DNA of 64,000 nucleotides from a virus. The position numbers and the translations under genes are program-made. Shown piece by piece: positions 59,393 to 64,000 of the stretch (positions are counted from its first letter, which is position 1; each line of letters opens with the position of its first letter). The stretch covers positions 9,457-73,456 of the IMG/VR virus record IMGVR_UViG_3300042541_001664; one strand, 5' to 3'. Below the pieces are notes generated by a model that was not told where the DNA came from, made no database searches, and saw only the letters and a program-made list of their open reading frames with translations.

Positions 59393-59983
59393 ATGAAAGA
59401 AGAAACATTAGGAAAGATATTTGAATTTATCAAACAAAAGGGCGAACAAAATTTACCATTATTTTGGAAATTGAAAAATGATATACCATTAACAGAAGAA
59501 GATTTGACTTTTAAAGGTGATTTAAATTTAGAAAATTCAAAAATAACCTCCTTACCATATGGATTAAAAGTTGAAGGTGATTTGATGTTAACCTTTTCAG
59601 AAATAACCTCATTACCAGATGATTTACAAGTTGGTGGTCATTTAAACATAATTGGTTGTGATGCCATAAACTCATTACCAAAAGGATTAAAAGTTGGTGA
59701 CAGCATTCAATTATCACCAAAACGAATAGTTTCCATTGGGGAAGGATTGTTTGTTGGTGGAGATTTAAATTTATTTAATAGCCAAATAAAATCATTACCC
59801 CAAGGAGTTAAAATTGGGGGAGAGTTAATATTATCCTTTACAAAAATAGAAACATTACCAAAAGGTTTGATAGTTAAAGGTGGTTTGGATATTGCTGGAA
59901 CACCATTAGAAAAGTATTCAAATGATGAATTAAGAAAAATGGTTAAACCTGGAGTTATAAAAGGGTCAATAATTAGAGATTAG
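59393..59983 (+). CDS. LRR-like solenoid protein, paralog 10 (6 repeats)
   Basis: same caps and repeats. Confidence 0.9.
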   Translation: MKEETLGKIFEFIKQKGEQNLPLFWKLKNDIPLTEEDLTFKGDLNLENSKITSLPYGLKVEGDLMLTFSEITSLPDDLQVGGHLNIIGCDAINSLPKGLKVGDSIQLSPKRIVSIGEGLFVGGDLNLFNSQIKSLPQGVKIGGELILSFTKIETLPKGLIVKGGLDIAGTPLEKYSNDELRKMVKPGVIKGSIIRD

Positions 59984-59985
59984 AA

Positions 59986-61149
59986 ATGAAAATAGAAACA
60001 TTAAAAAGAATATTTGATTTTCTTGAAAATAAAGAAACCAAAAAACATAAAGCCAAAGCAACTTTAAAGTGGAAGTTGTTTTTTAATGAACCATTAACAA
60101 AAGATGATTTGATTGTTAATGGGGATTTAAATTTGGCAAATTCAAAAATAACATCTTTGCCAGAAGGATTGGAAATTAAGGGTACTTTGGATTTAAGAAA
60201 TTGCACAAGTTTAACATCCTTACCACAAGGATTGGAAATTAAGGGTTCTTTGGATTTAAAAAATTGCACAAGTTTAACATCATTACCACAAGGATTGAAA
60301 GTTGGTAGTGATTTAAATTTATCTAATTGCACAAGTTTAACATCATTACCACAAGGATTGAAAGTTAAGGGGGATTTAGATTTATATGGTTGTAAAAACT
60401 TAAAATACTTACCAATAGGATTGATAGTTGTTGGTGATATAAATTTACAATACTCAACAATAACAACCTTACCAGAAGGATTACAAGTTGGTGGTGATTT
60501 GAATTTATATAATTGCAAAAGTTTAAAATACCTACCAAAAGTATTAAAAGTTGGTGGTTTTTTAAATTTAAACAATTGCACAAGTTTAACATCACTACCA
60601 GAAGGATTAGAAGTTGGGGGTACATTATATTTAAAGAATTGTTCCAAATTAAAATCATTACCAACAGGATTGAAAATTGGAGAGGCTTTGGAATTGAATG
60701 ATACAAATATAACTACTCTCCCAAAAGATTTGAAATTTGTTCCTAATTTGGGTTTATCAGGTTCTAAAATAATGTCATTACCAGATAATTTACATGTTAG
60801 GGGTAGGTTAGATTTGGCTTTTTGTGAAAATTTAACTTCATTACCAACTGGATTAAAAGTTGATGGTGATTTAATATTAACCTTTGCAAAAATAACCTCA
60901 TTACCAGATAATTTACAAGTTGGCAAATATTTGGATTTGGGTAATACAAAAATAACTTCACTACCTAAAGGGCTAAAAGTTGGTAGTAGATTGAATATAA
61001 GTGGTACACAAATAACCTCATTACCAAAAGGACTAAAAGTTGGAGAAAATTTACTTATAATGAACACAAATTTAAAAAAATATACTGATGAAGAATTAAG
61101 AGAAATGGTTAAGCCTGGATTTATAAAAGGTGAAATATATAGAGGATAA
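59986..61149 (+). CDS. LRR-like solenoid protein, paralog 11 (15 repeats)
   Basis: same caps; mixed 21-aa and 22-aa (NCTSLTSLP) repeats. Confidence 0.9.
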   Translation: MKIETLKRIFDFLENKETKKHKAKATLKWKLFFNEPLTKDDLIVNGDLNLANSKITSLPEGLEIKGTLDLRNCTSLTSLPQGLEIKGSLDLKNCTSLTSLPQGLKVGSDLNLSNCTSLTSLPQGLKVKGDLDLYGCKNLKYLPIGLIVVGDINLQYSTITTLPEGLQVGGDLNLYNCKSLKYLPKVLKVGGFLNLNNCTSLTSLPEGLEVGGTLYLKNCSKLKSLPTGLKIGEALELNDTNITTLPKDLKFVPNLGLSGSKIMSLPDNLHVRGRLDLAFCENLTSLPTGLKVDGDLILTFAKITSLPDNLQVGKYLDLGNTKITSLPKGLKVGSRLNISGTQITSLPKGLKVGENLLIMNTNLKKYTDEELREMVKPGFIKGEIYRG

Positions 61150-61224
61150 AAAAATTTAATTATTTTTCATTATTTTTACAAAAAAAATAACTATATTTAT
61201 ACAAACAAATAAAAAACAATACCT

Positions 61225-61434
61225 ATGGATGAAAAATTCTTTGTTGCCAGATTAACTTTTTCTCTACCTGATGAGAATACTGGTAAAATGAAAAAAGTAA
61301 GAGAAGAGAAATTAGTTAAAGGTTATTCTGTTACAGATGTTGAAGCAAAAGTTACTGAAAAGTATCAAAATTTCACACAAGAATGGAGAATAACTGCTGT
61401 GTCAGAATCAAAAATTGATGAAGTTTTCCAATAA
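61225..61434 (+). CDS. DUF4494-like small protein
   Basis: GKMKKVREEKLVKGYSVTDVEAKV...ESKIDEV. Confidence 0.7.
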   Translation: MDEKFFVARLTFSLPDENTGKMKKVREEKLVKGYSVTDVEAKVTEKYQNFTQEWRITAVSESKIDEVFQ

Positions 61435-61454
61435 AAACTAATTGTTTTTCTCTT

Positions 61455-61489
61455 AAACCCCTAGCATAAATAATGTTAGGGGTTTTTTT
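61455..61489 (+). terminator. intrinsic terminator
   Basis: aaacccctagca/tgttaggggttttttt. Confidence 0.75.
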
Positions 61490-61535
61490 ATTTTAAAAAA
61501 AATATTGATAATCAGTAACTTTTTTGTTTTTTGAT

Positions 61536-61543
61536 ATATTTAT
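61536..61543 (+). promoter_or_regulatory. putative phage late promoter motif ATATTTAT (one of about 20)
   Basis: 21 nt upstream of the scaffold ATG; recurs before many genes. Confidence 0.6.
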
Positions 61544-61564
61544 TATAAAAATAAATAAAAAACT

Positions 61565-63274
61565 ATGCAACCTGAAAAAAATTTAGTAGAAGAAGCACTA
61601 ATTCAAATGAAACAAATTGAAGATGTACTTTCAGAAAGCGCAAAAGGAATACTTTCTTCAACAATGAAGGAAGAAATCAACGAACTAGTTAAGGAATCAT
61701 TAAATGAGCAAGAAGACGAAGATGAAATGGATATAGATATGGATTCTGAAGATGATATGGAAATGGACTCTGAAGATGATATGGAAATGGACATGGATGA
61801 TGAAGATGACATGGAAATGGGCATGGAAGATGAGGATGATATGGAAATGGATGATGATGTCATTGACATGAGGGGAGCTTCACAAAGTGAACTTTTAAAA
61901 GTATTTAAAGCTATGGATGGTGATGATGGTATTATCATATCTAAAAATGGTGAGGATATTTCATTAACAGATGAAGATTCTGATTCTGAATATTTAATAA
62001 AATTAGGAGAACAAATAGAAAATTTTGGTTCTGGTATGGATGATGATATGGAATTTGATGCTCAAGAATATGGTATGAGATATTTTAATGACGACGATGA
62101 AGAAGGTGATTTTGAACCTTTTGATGACGAAAACGAAGATGTTGATATGGACTATGCTATGAGCAAAAGACTTGGTTTGAAATATTTTAATGACAACGAA
62201 GATGAAGAGGATGATGATATGGAATTAGATGAAGATGACCATATGGAGGGTGATTATGTTGAAGAAGATTATGATATGGAACTAGACGAAGATGATACTC
62301 AATCAACAATTGATAAAATCTTCGAAAATAAAGATGAAATTATATACGAAATTGAAATGGATGAACAAGAAGAGTTTGATATGGAAGATGAAATGGATGT
62401 AGATATGGAAGATGAAATGGATGTGGATATGGAAGATGATATGGAAATGGGTATGGAAGATGAAGAAGATTTTGATTGTTCTAATTTTAGCACTGCTAGT
62501 TATTTAGAAAAAAATCCAAAAGCAACAATTTCTGATGTATATTCTTATTTACAAGAAATGGGTTGTTTAGGTGGTGGAAATGACACAATTGGTGAGAATT
62601 ATAACTATTTAGGTGAAGGTAAAAAAGGTCCTAAGTTTAAGTACAAAATGCCAACAAAAGGTTTTGACGAAAAAAAGAAAGAAGGTCCTAAAAAAGTTGG
62701 GACAGGAAAACCAAAATTCCAGTACGATACAAATGCCGAAAATACTAACGGTAAAATGAAAACAGTTACTGGTAAAAGAAAGGAAACCAAAGAGGCATCA
62801 AGAACTTACGCTATGGGCAGTAAAGAAGGAAGAGGCCTTAGAAAAGGCGTAACACCAAATAGAAATTTACATTTAGAGGCTTTAGAAAATCAAGTTATTG
62901 ATTTAAAACAAAAAAATAATGATTATAAAAAATCATTAAACATTTTTAGAGAAAAATTAACTGAAGTAGCCGTATTTAATGCAAATCTGGCATATGCCAC
63001 TAGATTATTTACTGAACATTCAACAACTAAAAAAGAGAAAATAAATATTTTGAGACGCTTTGATGATGTTCAATCATTACAAGAATCAAAAAATTTATAT
63101 TCCTCAATTAAAAATGAATTATCTAAAGGTGTTGAGCCGACAATTAATGAATCTGTAAATAGAAAAATAACAAATGTTGCATCTACAGGTTCATCTGCTA
63201 ACTTAATTGAATCTAAAACTTATGAAAATCCACAATTTTTGAGGATGAAAGATTTAATTTCAAAATTAGGTTAA
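61565..63274 (+). CDS. prohead core / scaffold protein (T4 gp22-like), very acidic
   Basis: immediately before the MCP; (EDDMEM)n tracts; C-terminal coiled coil NANLAYATRLF...RMKDLI. Confidence 0.8.
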   Translation: MQPEKNLVEEALIQMKQIEDVLSESAKGILSSTMKEEINELVKESLNEQEDEDEMDIDMDSEDDMEMDSEDDMEMDMDDEDDMEMGMEDEDDMEMDDDVIDMRGASQSELLKVFKAMDGDDGIIISKNGEDISLTDEDSDSEYLIKLGEQIENFGSGMDDDMEFDAQEYGMRYFNDDDEEGDFEPFDDENEDVDMDYAMSKRLGLKYFNDNEDEEDDDMELDEDDHMEGDYVEEDYDMELDEDDTQSTIDKIFENKDEIIYEIEMDEQEEFDMEDEMDVDMEDEMDVDMEDDMEMGMEDEEDFDCSNFSTASYLEKNPKATISDVYSYLQEMGCLGGGNDTIGENYNYLGEGKKGPKFKYKMPTKGFDEKKKEGPKKVGTGKPKFQYDTNAENTNGKMKTVTGKRKETKEASRTYAMGSKEGRGLRKGVTPNRNLHLEALENQVIDLKQKNNDYKKSLNIFREKLTEVAVFNANLAYATRLFTEHSTTKKEKINILRRFDDVQSLQESKNLYSSIKNELSKGVEPTINESVNRKITNVASTGSSANLIESKTYENPQFLRMKDLISKLG

Positions 63275-63302
63275 TAAATAAAAATAAAAAAAATAATACA
63301 AA

Positions 63303-64000
63303 ATGGGAGCATTATTAGATTCTGGTCTTGTTGGTAATATTGGGTTAAAACACCTAAAAGTTATCAAAGAGGACACAATTAGCAAATGGAATAAATTAGG
63401 ATTTTTAGAAGGTCTTAAAGGTCATTTGAAAGAAAATGTAGCGCAATTATATGAAAATCAAGCGTCACATTTAATAAACGAAGCTGCGTCAACATCTGAC
63501 ACAGGTGCATTTGAAACTGTTGTGTTTCCAATAGTTAGGAGAGTATTCTCAAAATTATTAGCAAACGAAATTGTTTCAGTTCAAGCGATGAATTTACCAA
63601 TTGGTAAATTATTCTTCTTTGTACCTTTAATTCAGGAAGCAAATAGTGGCGCACACTATTCACCTTATGGTGCACCAGGTGCAGCAGATAATCAAACACC
63701 AACTACTGGTTATGATGGTACTGGTAAAAATCTATATGATAGATTTTATGAAGGTAATGAGCCAGGTTTGAACCCAGAAGGTCTTTATGATTATTCAAAA
63801 GGTCAATTTAGTGCAGTTACAGCTACTTCTGTTACTGTTATTTGGAGTGGTGCTAATTTAGCAGTTAGTGGATATAGCGCTGGTGAATATAGAAAAGTTT
63901 TATTAGCTTTGTCTGGTTTTACAAGTGATGGTGCGGGTAAATTAATTGGGCCTGATGGTCATCCAATGGACAACGAAAGTTTCTTGTCAAGTTTAAGTAT
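63303..64000 (+). CDS. major capsid protein (T4 gp23-like), runs off the window end
   Basis: MGALLDSG...KWNKLGFLEGL...LYENQASHLINE...FPIVRRVFSKLLANEIVSVQAMNLPIGKLFF. Confidence 0.93.
   Translation, partial: MGALLDSGLVGNIGLKHLKVIKEDTISKWNKLGFLEGLKGHLKENVAQLYENQASHLINEAASTSDTGAFETVVFPIVRRVFSKLLANEIVSVQAMNLPIGKLFFFVPLIQEANSGAHYSPYGAPGAADNQTPTTGYDGTGKNLYDRFYEGNEPGLNPEGLYDYSKGQFSAVTATSVTVIWSGANLAVSGYSAGEYRKVLLALSGFTSDGAGKLIGPDGHPMDNESFLSSLS

Noticed and set aside
59973-61067. Long antisense ORFs over the LRR genes (also 16928..17497, 41233..41718, 42636..42986, 58896..59354)
   Set aside because: Shadow frames kept open by the repetitive codon pattern; they mirror the sense repeats and have no independent signals.
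1-64000. Stop-codon recoding, as in some large Bacteroidota phages
   Set aside because: Core genes are intact in code 11, and TAA, TAG and TGA all end genes at sensible positions.

Overview
AT-rich, densely coding window (standard code 11) from a large T4-like or jumbo tailed phage. The host is probably in Bacteroidota, judged from TAnnTTTG/TTTG promoters, a T9SS-type C-terminal domain and a DUF4494-like gene. The right end holds the head module: terminase, portal, prohead protease, scaffold and the start of the major capsid protein. The rest is accessory. It includes a tandem array of six C5 DNA methyltransferases, plus the stump of a seventh next to an IceA1/NlaIII-like endonuclease. It also has tRNA-Pro, tRNA-fMet, a tmRNA, ClpP, an N-domain-less ClpC, Hsp20, a cyclophilin, ThyX and four classes of peptidoglycan hydrolase. 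The strongest candidate for an undescribed system is a family of 11 paralogous LRR-like solenoid genes with constant N- and C-caps, 2-15 variable repeats and signs of ongoing recombination. Other candidates are the variable-TRD methyltransferase array and about 15-20 unrelated cargo proteins that share an N-terminal (L/I)-x-E leader and an upstream ATATTTAT motif. All assignments come from motif recognition by eye; no searches were run.
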